Shown piece by piece: positions 41,468 to 51,163 of a DNA stretch of 64,000 nucleotides. This DNA is from a virus (lineage: Duplodnaviria; Caudoviricetes). Location: positions 1-64,000 of IMG/VR virus record IMGVR_UViG_3300032213_001568; one strand, 5' to 3'. Under the pieces are notes generated by a model, which was given only the letters and a program-made list of their open reading frames with translations, did no database searches and was not told the origin of the DNA. Both the position numbers and the translations under genes were made by a program. How positions within the stretch are numbered: position 1 is the stretch's first letter; every line of letters begins with the position of its first letter.

Positions 41468-43594
41468 ATGAAAATTACACAAGTAACACCTGGAATTATT
41501 ACAATACCACCTAACGGATGGGGAGCGGTCGAAAAAGTAATATGGGAATATTACAACAATATTAAAGAGTTAGGTTACCAATGTGACATAAAATATCTTA
41601 ATGAGGTAGATACTAATAGTAGTGATATTATTCATATTCACATGGCTAATTTAGCAATTGATGCTGCTAACAAAGGAATACCCTACATTTTTTCATTACA
41701 CGACCACCACGTTGTTTATTATGGTAAGGACTCATCTAACTACCAACAAAATTTAGAGGCGATTAAAAGGTCTGTGGTATCTTTTACACATGCTGAGTTT
41801 TTAGTTGATTACTTTGATGAAACTGATAAGTTGTTCTACCTATCACATGGTGTTAATACAGAGTTCTTTAAGAATGACAAACCGAAAAGAAGTGAACATA
41901 AATTATTATGTTTAGCGAACAATGGTATTGGGGGAGATTCAACGTATGATAGAAAGGGATTTAGATATGCAATTGAAGCGGCAATTAAATTAGATTTACC
42001 TATTACAGTTGCCGGTCCTGAAAATAATAGAATATTCTTTGAACATCATAATGACTTATTAAATTATGATAAGTTAACTTTAATGTTTTCAAATCCAAAC
42101 GAAGAACAAATATTAGAATTATATAAAAGTCATTCTATATTCTTACATCCTTCTATGTTAGAGGCCGGTCACCCTAATCTAACATTATTAGAAGCAGTAT
42201 CTTGTAATATGCCAGTTGTTGGTACTTACTTAGGTTCACAAACGATAGAAGGAATGGTTGTGGTTGAAAGAGATGTAAATCAAATAGTTAGTGGTGTTAA
42301 ACAAATCATTGATAATTACGATTTATATTTAAGTAACACTGAATTAGATAGACAAAATTATGATTGGAGTATTATTACCAAGAGAATGGTTAGAATTTAT
42401 GAAGACCTGATTAACAGTAGAAAAAATTTGAATAGTCTTGAGACTAAACAAAGATTTGATAAAGTATTTGAGAATACTGAAATAAAACCAAAAGAGATGG
42501 TTGAAAAAATTGAAGTGATTAATCACTACATCAACGGAGCATTAGTAGAAATTAAAGGTAATACTGATAAGAAATATTTGGTTGAGTTTTGGAACCAAAA
42601 TGGTGATTGTGAATATCGTGAGGAGATTGGGTGTAATATGTGGGTTAGATTAAGTAAGAAGTATTTTGATGAATACACATTGAAAATTTACTCTGAAGGT
42701 AATTTAATCAGTGAAAAGAAATACAACGCTGAAAACAAACGAGTTTATATTGCATTAGATTCAAAATCTTTGGGTGATACATTTGCTTGGGTACCTTACG
42801 CTGAAGAATTTAGAAAGAAACATAACTGTAAAGTTATCTGTTCAACATTCTTTAACGATTTGTTTGTAAAACAATATCCTGAAATACAATTTGTTCCACC
42901 TGGAAGCACGGTTGATAACCTATATGCTATGTATGAGATAGGTTGGTTCTACAATGGTGATAATGTTAAAACTGATAGACACCCAAGTGATTTTAAATTA
43001 GGACCATTACAAAAAACTGCTACAGACATCTTAGGTTTGGAATACAAGGAGGTAAAACCTTTAATCAAAAATCCTAACAAGTTAAAAAAGAAAAGAGTTG
43101 GACTTGGTATACACTCAACCGCTCAATCAAAATACTGGAACAACCCAAATGGGTGGCAAGAGATTACTGATTATCTAATATCTCTTGGTTATGAGGTTAT
43201 TATCTATTCAAAAGAGGAAGATGGGTATATGGGTAATTACTATCCTAAAGGCGCTAAACAAAACCCACCAGGTTCCATCTATAAATTGATTGAAGAATTA
43301 TCTACCTGTGAATTCTTCATAGGTATATCAAGTGGTATATCATGGGTTACTTGGGCTTTGGACATCCCAACAGTATTAATATCAGGATTTACTGAAGAGT
43401 TTAATGAGCCTTATGATAATGTTTATAAGGTTAGTGCTCCTGAAAATACTTGTAGAGGATGTGCTAATAAATTTAGATTAGACCCGGGTGATTGGAATTG
43501 GTGTCCAATAAATAAGGGAAATGATAAGATATTTGAATGTTCTAAAAAGATAACATCTGATATGGTAAAAGAACAAATCGTTAAAATAATTTAA
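41468..43594 (+). CDS. GT4 glycosyltransferase fused to an Aah/TibC-type autotransporter O-heptosyltransferase domain
   Basis: PPNGWGAVE, EAGHPNLTLLEA (GT4); SKSLGDTFAWVPY, FIGISSGISW, CRGC...WNWCP...FECSKKIT. Confidence 0.85.
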   Translation: MKITQVTPGIITIPPNGWGAVEKVIWEYYNNIKELGYQCDIKYLNEVDTNSSDIIHIHMANLAIDAANKGIPYIFSLHDHHVVYYGKDSSNYQQNLEAIKRSVVSFTHAEFLVDYFDETDKLFYLSHGVNTEFFKNDKPKRSEHKLLCLANNGIGGDSTYDRKGFRYAIEAAIKLDLPITVAGPENNRIFFEHHNDLLNYDKLTLMFSNPNEEQILELYKSHSIFLHPSMLEAGHPNLTLLEAVSCNMPVVGTYLGSQTIEGMVVVERDVNQIVSGVKQIIDNYDLYLSNTELDRQNYDWSIITKRMVRIYEDLINSRKNLNSLETKQRFDKVFENTEIKPKEMVEKIEVINHYINGALVEIKGNTDKKYLVEFWNQNGDCEYREEIGCNMWVRLSKKYFDEYTLKIYSEGNLISEKKYNAENKRVYIALDSKSLGDTFAWVPYAEEFRKKHNCKVICSTFFNDLFVKQYPEIQFVPPGSTVDNLYAMYEIGWFYNGDNVKTDRHPSDFKLGPLQKTATDILGLEYKEVKPLIKNPNKLKKKRVGLGIHSTAQSKYWNNPNGWQEITDYLISLGYEVIIYSKEEDGYMGNYYPKGAKQNPPGSIYKLIEELSTCEFFIGISSGISWVTWALDIPTVLISGFTEEFNEPYDNVYKVSAPENTCRGCANKFRLDPGDWNWCPINKGNDKIFECSKKITSDMVKEQIVKII

Positions 43595-43733
43595 CGATTT
43601 GTTTTACTAAATCAACGGCTCCATAAACCGCTAAAGACATGATTAATAAAGCGAAAAATACTTGAGGTAACATTTTTTTAATGTTGTTACATTTATTACA
43701 AGTTTTTTCTTCAGATTTTTTTAAATTTTCCAT
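43581..43733 (-). CDS. Small membrane protein with CxxC (50 aa)
   Basis: MENLKKSEEKTCNKCNNIKKMLPQVFFALLIMSLAVYGAVDLVKQIVKLF. Confidence 0.55.
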   Translation of the reverse strand: MENLKKSEEKTCNKCNNIKKMLPQVFFALLIMSLAVYGAVDLVKQIVKLF

Positions 43734-43754
43734 AATATAATCTTAAAAGGATAT

Positions 43755-44306
43755 TTAATCTAAGTAAACAATTGGAATACTTTCTGAAATAGATTCTATG
43801 AAAACTTTTGGAGCGTCAGGACCTTTGAATTTCTTAAGCATCTTTCCATCTTTAGAAAAGGCTGAAGTAAAGATGAAATAAGTTTCACCAATTTCACGGG
43901 CTAAACCTATTTCCATATAATCGAAGTCTTCTTCTCTTGGGTTATCAGTATATCTTTTAACAAATATAATTTTTTGACCATCAATAAATTTATTATTAGA
44001 AGGAACACCGTATTTTTCGTAAAAATACTCTTTTATTTTTTCGTAGTTATCATCAAAAAAATCAGTAATCATATCATTTGGAATACCAACTCTGACTACA
44101 TATTCAGGTTTGTCTAAGTTCCTGTCCTTATCCTCTAAATAGAAATCAGCAATCTTATCAAAACTGAATTTTCCGTATCGGTCTTCCCATTGGTGATACG
44201 AAGCAAATAGTCTAACCCTTTTATCTTCAATAACATCAGCAAACAAAAGAATGGGCCTTCTCCCACTTTCTAATAATATCTGCTTAACGGTATCTAAAAG
44301 TTTCAT
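43755..44306 (-). CDS. Hypothetical, putative virion-internal protein
   Basis: MKLLDTVKQILLES start; TATTTAT motif just upstream on the minus strand. Confidence 0.65.
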   Translation of the reverse strand: MKLLDTVKQILLESGRRPILLFADVIEDKRVRLFASYHQWEDRYGKFSFDKIADFYLEDKDRNLDKPEYVVRVGIPNDMITDFFDDNYEKIKEYFYEKYGVPSNNKFIDGQKIIFVKRYTDNPREEDFDYMEIGLAREIGETYFIFTSAFSKDGKMLKKFKGPDAPKVFIESISESIPIVYLD

Positions 44307-44321
44307 ATAAGATAAATATAG

Positions 44322-44450
44322 AAAAAAACGAAAGGGAACCATTTCTGATTCCCTTTCTTTGACCTGGGGGTCGGGTTTTTCAACCTGTGTCTACTTACGC
44401 TAAACACCCAACGGTAAGTTTTTTTGTGGAGAGCTTACTTCCTTAATTCT
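44322..44450 (-). ncRNA. Candidate small structured RNA (~120 nt)
   Basis: TATATTTG promoter (44462-44455), four short hairpins, intrinsic terminator, no credible ORF. Confidence 0.5.
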
Positions 44451-44521
44451 TTTACAAATATATATCTAAAAATCCCAACAAAAAAATATATTTTAAACTT
44501 TTTTTGATATATCTTTGTCGT

Positions 44522-44659
44522 ATGAAACAGGAAATACTACCACTTAATCTTCGTCATGTTGCTCAAATTGTGAGACGAAATATGATTACAAAAGTTGTGC
44601 CGTCAGGTAAGGTTTATTCCCGTAAGAGAGGTAAAAAGGTTGATATCTACCAAGATTAG
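44522..44659 (+). CDS. Small basic protein (45 aa)
   Basis: MKQEILPLNLRHVAQIVRRNM...; TATCTTTG promoter at 44510-44517. Confidence 0.55.
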   Translation: MKQEILPLNLRHVAQIVRRNMITKVVPSGKVYSRKRGKKVDIYQD

Positions 44660-44682
44660 AATTATATTTTACGAAAAAAGTT

Positions 44683-45522
44683 ATGCTAAGTTATATTGGT
44701 GGTAAAAGTAAGATAGGTAAGTGGATTGTTCCATTCTACCCAACAGATATGGAAACGTATGTTGAAACGTTTGGTGGAATGTTTTGGTGTTTCTTCAATA
44801 TGGATTTGAAACTATATCCTAATTTGAAAAGAGTTGTTTATAACGACTTCAATCCTTTGAACTATAACTTGTTTGTGTGTCTTCAGAACCCTGAGACTTT
44901 GTTATCGGCGATTAATAACATCCCATGTCAACAACAAGGTGTGGAAGTAACACCACCAGTTTATAAAGAACAATTTAATGAGTTTCAGAAGGAAATTTTC
45001 TCTCATGGTTTAACAATTAACTATCCTGATTATGGTGTTGCGGCAAAATATGCTTATGTTCTGACACAGGTTTTCAGTGGTTCAAAACCTGAGACCTCAA
45101 GTTTTATTGATTTGAAGGGAAAATATAAGTCAAAATATCTTACCTTTAGAGATAAATTATCTAAACCTGAATGGGTAGAACATTTCAATAAAATATCAGA
45201 GTTTAGATTGGGTGATTTTGAAGATGTGATTAAAGAGTTTGATAGTCCTACAACATATTTTTATGTAGACCCACCATATTGGAAGACTGAGAACTATTAC
45301 TCAAACCATGATTTTGATAGGGAAGACCATGAAAGATTGGCAGATTGTTTGAAAGGTATTGAAGGTAAGTTTAGTTTATCTTACTACGATTTTCAGTTGT
45401 TGAATGAGTGGTTTCCAAAGGAGGAATACAAATGGGAGAAGAAAGAATTTGCTAAAGCTGCCGCTGCGAAGAAAGGAAAGGCACAAAATATGGGTGAAGA
45501 ACTATTAATTATGAATTATTGA
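44683..45522 (+). CDS. Dam-like DNA adenine methyltransferase
   Basis: YIGGKS, YVETFGG, VYNDF, YVDPPY. Confidence 0.9.
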   Translation: MLSYIGGKSKIGKWIVPFYPTDMETYVETFGGMFWCFFNMDLKLYPNLKRVVYNDFNPLNYNLFVCLQNPETLLSAINNIPCQQQGVEVTPPVYKEQFNEFQKEIFSHGLTINYPDYGVAAKYAYVLTQVFSGSKPETSSFIDLKGKYKSKYLTFRDKLSKPEWVEHFNKISEFRLGDFEDVIKEFDSPTTYFYVDPPYWKTENYYSNHDFDREDHERLADCLKGIEGKFSLSYYDFQLLNEWFPKEEYKWEKKEFAKAAAAKKGKAQNMGEELLIMNY

Positions 45523-45546
45523 TATATTTATATAAAAACTTTAGAA

Positions 45547-46899
45547 ATGAAATTTACTAATATCTTAACAAACATTATTTTAGAAGATTCAAGATTTACC
45601 CTTCTATATGATAAATTAGTTGACAAGGGTGGTAGAAAACCTGAACCAGGTAAAATCCCTTTTGAAACATTAAGAACTATTATCTTTGCTGACCCTACAA
45701 CAAGAGCTCCGCAAAGCTTACTTCAAAATATTGATAGTCTAACACCTGAACAAATGGAAATTGTTAAGGTTGGTAAGTATACTAACTGGATATTAAAGAA
45801 TTTCTTAAAACCATCATTTAGTGATGAAAGAGCGGATGTTGAAGTTGGTTCACCTGAATATAAACAATTAGTTAAAAGATATCGTGACTTATACCTTGAG
45901 GATTTATACAAGGTTACTGACGACTTAAAGAAGTTTGAGAGATTCAAAGGTCAATTAGAAGCTGACAAAAGAGATATTAATAAATTGACTGTTGATACAT
46001 TATTTGATGCGGTTAAGGACTTTAAGTTAGAAAAAACAAAAGGAACAAAACAAGAAAAAGAAGAAGCTAAATCAACTTACCAATACCCTGGTTCAACGAT
46101 TGCATTTAAAGGGCCAAACTGGACTGTAGTTAAGATTGAAGACCAAAGTGAACTTGGTAAGAACGCGGCTTGTTTCTTTGGTGGTTATCACGAACCTGAT
46201 ATGGGTGAAACAAGATGGTGTACATCATCACCTGGTTTAAGTTACTTTAACACTTATATCAAACAAGGACCATTATATGTAATTCTACCTAATCAAAGTT
46301 CTGATTTGGGTAAAAAATCAGGTCTTCCTGTTGAAAGATACCAGTGGCACTTCCAGTCTAATCAGTTTATGGATAGACATGATAGAAATGTGAATATCGT
46401 TGAAATGTTACAAGGTAAGTTGTCGGAACTTAAAGATTTCTTCAAACCTGAATTTGCTAAAGGATTGGCAAAAGAAAATGGTAAGAGAGTTGATATTGTT
46501 TACCCTGAATCTTCGGCTGGTAAGTTTGTTGGATTGTATGGATTTAAAGAATTATTTGACAACCTACCAGATGACTTGGAACAATTAATCATCCAAACTT
46601 CAAAGAACATTAAAGAAACAATCGCTCTTGAAGTTCCTGAAAGTATTGGAAGATTTGATAAGTTACAAACACTTTTATTAGGTGGTATGGTTAAATCTGT
46701 TCCTGATAGTATTTGTAATTTGACGAGTTTACTATTACTTGCTTTACCAAACAACCCTCAGTTAACGACTATTCCAGCGTGTATTAAAGATTTACCTATG
46801 TTAGGTTTCTTGAACGTAAGTGGTAGTAATGTTAAACTTCCTGAAGAACTTAAAGATGTTTTACATGAGGAAGGTGATGGTTATTATTATGTAGTTTAA
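45547..46899 (+). CDS. Protein with WCT motif and C-terminal leucine-rich repeats
   Basis: TRWCTS, GPLYVI; VPESIGRFDKLQTLLL, VPDSICNLTSLLLLAL, IPACIKDLPMLGFLNV. Confidence 0.7.
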   Translation: MKFTNILTNIILEDSRFTLLYDKLVDKGGRKPEPGKIPFETLRTIIFADPTTRAPQSLLQNIDSLTPEQMEIVKVGKYTNWILKNFLKPSFSDERADVEVGSPEYKQLVKRYRDLYLEDLYKVTDDLKKFERFKGQLEADKRDINKLTVDTLFDAVKDFKLEKTKGTKQEKEEAKSTYQYPGSTIAFKGPNWTVVKIEDQSELGKNAACFFGGYHEPDMGETRWCTSSPGLSYFNTYIKQGPLYVILPNQSSDLGKKSGLPVERYQWHFQSNQFMDRHDRNVNIVEMLQGKLSELKDFFKPEFAKGLAKENGKRVDIVYPESSAGKFVGLYGFKELFDNLPDDLEQLIIQTSKNIKETIALEVPESIGRFDKLQTLLLGGMVKSVPDSICNLTSLLLLALPNNPQLTTIPACIKDLPMLGFLNVSGSNVKLPEELKDVLHEEGDGYYYVV

Positions 46900-46937
46900 T
46901 AAATTAGTTATATCTTTGTTTCCTAATCTTACTGCCT

Positions 46938-47228
46938 ATGAAAAATGTAGATGCGGAAATTTACTTAAATCAGTTGATAGGGTTCTTTGAAAAGAACCCC
47001 AACGACTTGATTGACTTAATCGGGAAACTTAAGAAAAATACTTTCTATGAAAGGGTTAAAGAAAAAGTTTACGAAAATCTTGATAATGGTTTGGAACTTA
47101 TCCTTACCCAGCAACAACTTATTGATATTGTTGTAGGTATGTACGATGAGACAAACAAAACTGTTAAACCATTAGAAATAAAAACACCTGTTATCAAAAC
47201 AAATTACGGAATTATTTGGCTTAACTAA
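46938..47228 (+). CDS. Hypothetical protein
   Basis: 96-aa ORF after TATCTTTG promoter (46911-46918). Confidence 0.7.
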   Translation: MKNVDAEIYLNQLIGFFEKNPNDLIDLIGKLKKNTFYERVKEKVYENLDNGLELILTQQQLIDIVVGMYDETNKTVKPLEIKTPVIKTNYGIIWLN

Positions 47229-47268
47229 GAAACTGTTGTATATTTGTAGTCATAAATAAATAAACACT

Positions 47269-48015
47269 ATGAACCTACAAGATTTAAAAACAACAGTACC
47301 AGCATTATTCCAAACAGAAAAACTTTCAAAATTGTCTGACCGTTACACTATGGTCCCTACCATTGATGTAGTTGACAAGTTCATCCAAAACGGATGGCAA
47401 GTAAGCGGAGCAAAACAAGTGGGTAAGAGCTCATTTGGTAAACACCAAGTTCGTCTTCGTAACGCAGAACTTCCACAAGTAGGTGACTCGTTATTAGAGG
47501 CGGTAATCACCAACTCACACAACGGAAGTTCAACTCTTCAAGTAGGTGCAGGTTTATTCCGACTTGTATGTAGCAATGGTTTAACTGTTCCTGTATCAAC
47601 CTTCGGGGACATGAAACAAACTCACTTGAACTTGAGTATGAGTGATGTTGAATTGATTACTGAGCAGTTCGTATTGAATACTCCAAAAATCCAAAAGTCA
47701 GTAACCCGTATGATGGAAGTGACTATGGATACTGAAAGAAAGATTGACTTCGTATCTAAGGCGGTTGGTATCCGTTGGAAGAACACCGAGGATATCTCAA
47801 CTCTAACTTTGGAAACAATCATTGACCCACTTCGTGATGGTGATAGTGATGACAACCTTTGGACCACCTTCAACGTAGTACAAGAGAAGTTAATTCGTGG
47901 AGGGTTCATCAAACAACAAGGACGTAACACTCGTTCAGTAAAGGGTATCCAATCCTTGAATATGGATAACATGATTAACACAAAACTTTGGGAACTAGCT
48001 GAAACATTTTGCTAA
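47269..48015 (+). CDS. DUF932/DUF945-family phage/plasmid protein
   Basis: SDRY..VPT, NSHNGSS, GLFRLVCSNGL, LWTTFNVVQE. Confidence 0.85.
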   Translation: MNLQDLKTTVPALFQTEKLSKLSDRYTMVPTIDVVDKFIQNGWQVSGAKQVGKSSFGKHQVRLRNAELPQVGDSLLEAVITNSHNGSSTLQVGAGLFRLVCSNGLTVPVSTFGDMKQTHLNLSMSDVELITEQFVLNTPKIQKSVTRMMEVTMDTERKIDFVSKAVGIRWKNTEDISTLTLETIIDPLRDGDSDDNLWTTFNVVQEKLIRGGFIKQQGRNTRSVKGIQSLNMDNMINTKLWELAETFC

Positions 48016-49709
48016 TGGACAACCTATTCACACTCATCAACGAAAAATATTATGTCGGTCACTATCTCCCCTACAATTCGGTGGGGGAGAATAATTCCGA
48101 TTTTAATGAGGATGACGAGCCATTATTTATATTACGTAAGTCAAATCCTAGAGACCATTTTGATGGTAAACATTTGTTTTATACGTTTGATAAATCTGTA
48201 AATGGTAGTAAAGAAGAGTTTGAAAAAAACTATGGTAATCCTCTTTGTGAGGTAACTGTACAAAGAAGTACTTTTGTTGTTGAGGAAAATGAGGATAAGA
48301 TTTGCTTAAAAGTATTCTATTGTGGGAAACATAGAAAGGCTGGAGAAGTATTTTTTCGTAAAAGTACTAAACTAAACTACATTACGTTTAATAAGAAAAC
48401 CAATATTTTTACGGTTGGTAAAAATACTGAATACCATAAGAAAAGAGGTAAGGGTAAGAGTAGTGTTGTTAGACGTAATTCATTCCCGATATCGTTAACT
48501 ACGGATGCTTATCATTCATTTATGAATGGGTTAGATGATACCAAAACATACAATTTGGAGATTATCGAAGGTATTAATGTATTTTTATCTAAAATCGGAG
48601 CTGAAAAAGTTTTAAACTACACTGGGTTACCGATGTCTTTATTTGGATGTTTGTTGGACAAACAAGGTGTTAAAAAACCTGACAATTGGAGAGGGTATTA
48701 CAATGTATATCCAAAACCAATTAAAAAAGACTATAAGAAATACGGATTTAAGATGGTTGATGCTTATATGAAATTAAACGATGTAAGTTCAGAGAAAATT
48801 AAAAAAGTATTACATAAAGTTCAAAATCCTTGTTTCAAAAGTATTAAAATGTTGATGGATATCTTTGGGAGAGATTTTATTTTACAAAGACCTGAAGAAG
48901 AATTGTGTATTATTTTTAATACTAAAATTGACGAATCACCATTTCAACCTGTAAGACATTACTTTGAAAATTTTAGTAAAAGGGATATGAGTAATTGTTA
49001 TCAGATTTACTTAATATCTAAAACAGACCATTTAGCATCTACTCATAGTTTTTACGACCACGTAAGATTTTTTGATGTTCTATCAAGAAACGAACCGATT
49101 AAATGGATGTCTAAAACTTTGAAAGAATTTAATGCTGAACATACTATTTGGTCAGACAAAGTTGACTTTTATACCACAGGGAAATACTCAAGACAATATT
49201 CTAATGAATTTGTTGAACGAGTATCAAAACCAATAATAACAAGTGATAAAATTACATTTAACCCTCTTGTGTTACAAAGTAGTGAAGAATATGTTGATGA
49301 GTCAGTACACCAATCTAATTGTGTAAGAACTTATCAAAATAGACCTTCATCGTTAATTATATCACTTCGTAAAGAGAATGGTGATAGAGCGTCAATTGAA
49401 TATAGGCCTTCAATTGGTAAGTTTGGTATGAATGAAAATCAACCAGTTAATTTCAAACGAGTTCAGACACTTGGAAGGTTTAATAATATGTTAGATGATA
49501 CTTGGGATGATGCGATTTTTATATTAGATGTTAGATTAAAAAGTATTACTAGTAGAGTGTGGGGTAATCCTATTGCTGAGTTTGTTACTGGTGGTGGAAG
49601 AAAAGAATACAACTTTATTTTTGATAAAGACGGACAACTTAACTGGGAACATTTAACAAATTCAATTGACATTGGGGACGACTTACCTTACATTGACTTT
49701 GAATGGTAA
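48015..49709 (+). CDS. PcfJ-like domain protein
   Basis: C-terminal EYVDESVHQSNCVRTY, IISLR, RASIE. Confidence 0.65.
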   Translation: MDNLFTLINEKYYVGHYLPYNSVGENNSDFNEDDEPLFILRKSNPRDHFDGKHLFYTFDKSVNGSKEEFEKNYGNPLCEVTVQRSTFVVEENEDKICLKVFYCGKHRKAGEVFFRKSTKLNYITFNKKTNIFTVGKNTEYHKKRGKGKSSVVRRNSFPISLTTDAYHSFMNGLDDTKTYNLEIIEGINVFLSKIGAEKVLNYTGLPMSLFGCLLDKQGVKKPDNWRGYYNVYPKPIKKDYKKYGFKMVDAYMKLNDVSSEKIKKVLHKVQNPCFKSIKMLMDIFGRDFILQRPEEELCIIFNTKIDESPFQPVRHYFENFSKRDMSNCYQIYLISKTDHLASTHSFYDHVRFFDVLSRNEPIKWMSKTLKEFNAEHTIWSDKVDFYTTGKYSRQYSNEFVERVSKPIITSDKITFNPLVLQSSEEYVDESVHQSNCVRTYQNRPSSLIISLRKENGDRASIEYRPSIGKFGMNENQPVNFKRVQTLGRFNNMLDDTWDDAIFILDVRLKSITSRVWGNPIAEFVTGGGRKEYNFIFDKDGQLNWEHLTNSIDIGDDLPYIDFEW

Positions 49710-50044
49710 ACGAAAAAAAGATATTTCTATTTGAGGATAGATTGTTGGATAAAGAAGGACTTTTATCGATTCTTCAGTTATCTGATGGACACAATCTTTT
49801 ACCTAATGACTTTTTGAAAAGAGATAACATAGAAAAAGTTTTTATCAACTCAATCATGTATAGTGATGGTGAGGTTTATTCCGATTTAATATGTAAACTA
49901 CCTAACGGTAGTTTCATTTATTTATCTAAAGCTGATGGGGTTGAGTATAAAGTAAAATTATATTATAATGCCGACAAGTTGAGTGAGGTTAAGTTCTTCT
50001 TAACTCAAATTTTGAAACAAAAAAAGGAAAGTAAAAATATTTAA
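49703..50044 (+). CDS. Hypothetical protein
   Basis: 113-aa ORF. Confidence 0.65.
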   Translation: MVNEKKIFLFEDRLLDKEGLLSILQLSDGHNLLPNDFLKRDNIEKVFINSIMYSDGEVYSDLICKLPNGSFIYLSKADGVEYKVKLYYNADKLSEVKFFLTQILKQKKESKNI

Positions 50045-50048
50045 AAGT

Positions 50049-50354
50049 ATGGAACAATTAACAAGTAGTCAGATACAAGAAAAGATTAACAACGGGGAAG
50101 ATTTTATTTTAAAGATGTATGCCACATGGTGTGGTCCCTGTAAACAATTAACAGAAGAATTAAAGAAAATTACAACTGATGTGCCAATCTATGAATTTGA
50201 TGTTGAAAGTGATATTTTCTTTTCAAAGAGTTTGGGTGTTAGAAACGTACCAGTTTTAAAATTCTATAAAGAAGGTGTTGATACACACACAATGGTTGGT
50301 TTAAAACCTGCTGATATAGTATCATCATTAATCCTTGAACACATTGAAAACTAA
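50049..50354 (+). CDS. trxA: Thioredoxin
   Basis: ATWCGPCK, GVRNVP. Confidence 0.9.
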   Translation: MEQLTSSQIQEKINNGEDFILKMYATWCGPCKQLTEELKKITTDVPIYEFDVESDIFFSKSLGVRNVPVLKFYKEGVDTHTMVGLKPADIVSSLILEHIEN

Positions 50355-50626
50355 TGGCTAATTTATTGGTAGCATACACAATGAAAGGATGTCATTGGTG
50401 TACGGAGTTTAAAAAACAACTCAAAGAAAACAAAATTAAGTTTAAAGAAAGAGACATTGAAAAATACGAAGAGGAATATAACCTTTTTGTTGAAGTGACT
50501 GGTAACGATTTTGTTCCAGCATTTATGATTGTGGATACTGTAACAGAAGATGCTAAATTATTTGCTCCTGACAGAGATTTTCAAGATATCAACGAAGCTG
50601 TTGGAATTATCAAAAATATTTTGTAG
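50354..50626 (+). CDS. Glutaredoxin/NrdH-like redoxin
   Basis: YTMKGCHWC, FVPAF. Confidence 0.8.
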   Translation: MANLLVAYTMKGCHWCTEFKKQLKENKIKFKERDIEKYEEEYNLFVEVTGNDFVPAFMIVDTVTEDAKLFAPDRDFQDINEAVGIIKNIL

Positions 50627-50635
50627 TTTTGTTCC

Positions 50636-51163
50636 ATGAAGGAACTAACATTTAAAAAGAAAGGGGTAGTTCATACCCCTTTGACATTTTGGCAAGTTGA
50701 CCCAACATCAAAGATTGCTATCTATCAAGGTGGAAGAGGGGCTCGTCCTGATTTGGATTTCATAGTAAAACATAAGGAAGAAGGTAAGAGACTACGAACA
50801 CCATCACATACACATTGGATTGTTGATTTGATTGCTAAGAAACAATGCGCTCCGAATGTTATTGTAGGATTTATTGACGACCTGATAAAAATCTATGATG
50901 AAACCGAACCATTTAATTGTGAGACATCAAGAGACACCTACCAATTACAGTATGTTAATAAACTCACACCAAAGTATCTTGCGTTACAAGGATGTGGTTA
51001 TTATTCTATTGAAGTTTTAATTTCTTTTGTTGAGTTGTTTTCCAAGTGTGAAAAACAAACACCAGGTGCCTTCATGTTCCGAAACCTATTGGTGATGGTT
51101 AAGCAATATATTGATGGTGAAAGAGACTTCTACCAAATCGTTGGTTATTCTAAACGTGTTTAA
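50636..51163 (+). CDS. Hypothetical protein
   Basis: 175-aa ORF; TTG-N20-TAGTTTTG promoter at 50601-50631. Confidence 0.7.
   Translation: MKELTFKKKGVVHTPLTFWQVDPTSKIAIYQGGRGARPDLDFIVKHKEEGKRLRTPSHTHWIVDLIAKKQCAPNVIVGFIDDLIKIYDETEPFNCETSRDTYQLQYVNKLTPKYLALQGCGYYSIEVLISFVELFSKCEKQTPGAFMFRNLLVMVKQYIDGERDFYQIVGYSKRV

Noticed and set aside
48065-48090. GC-rich hairpin TCTCCCCTAC/GTGGGGGAGA in the 5' end of the PcfJ-like gene
   Set aside because: No U-tail and inside an open frame; function cannot be supported
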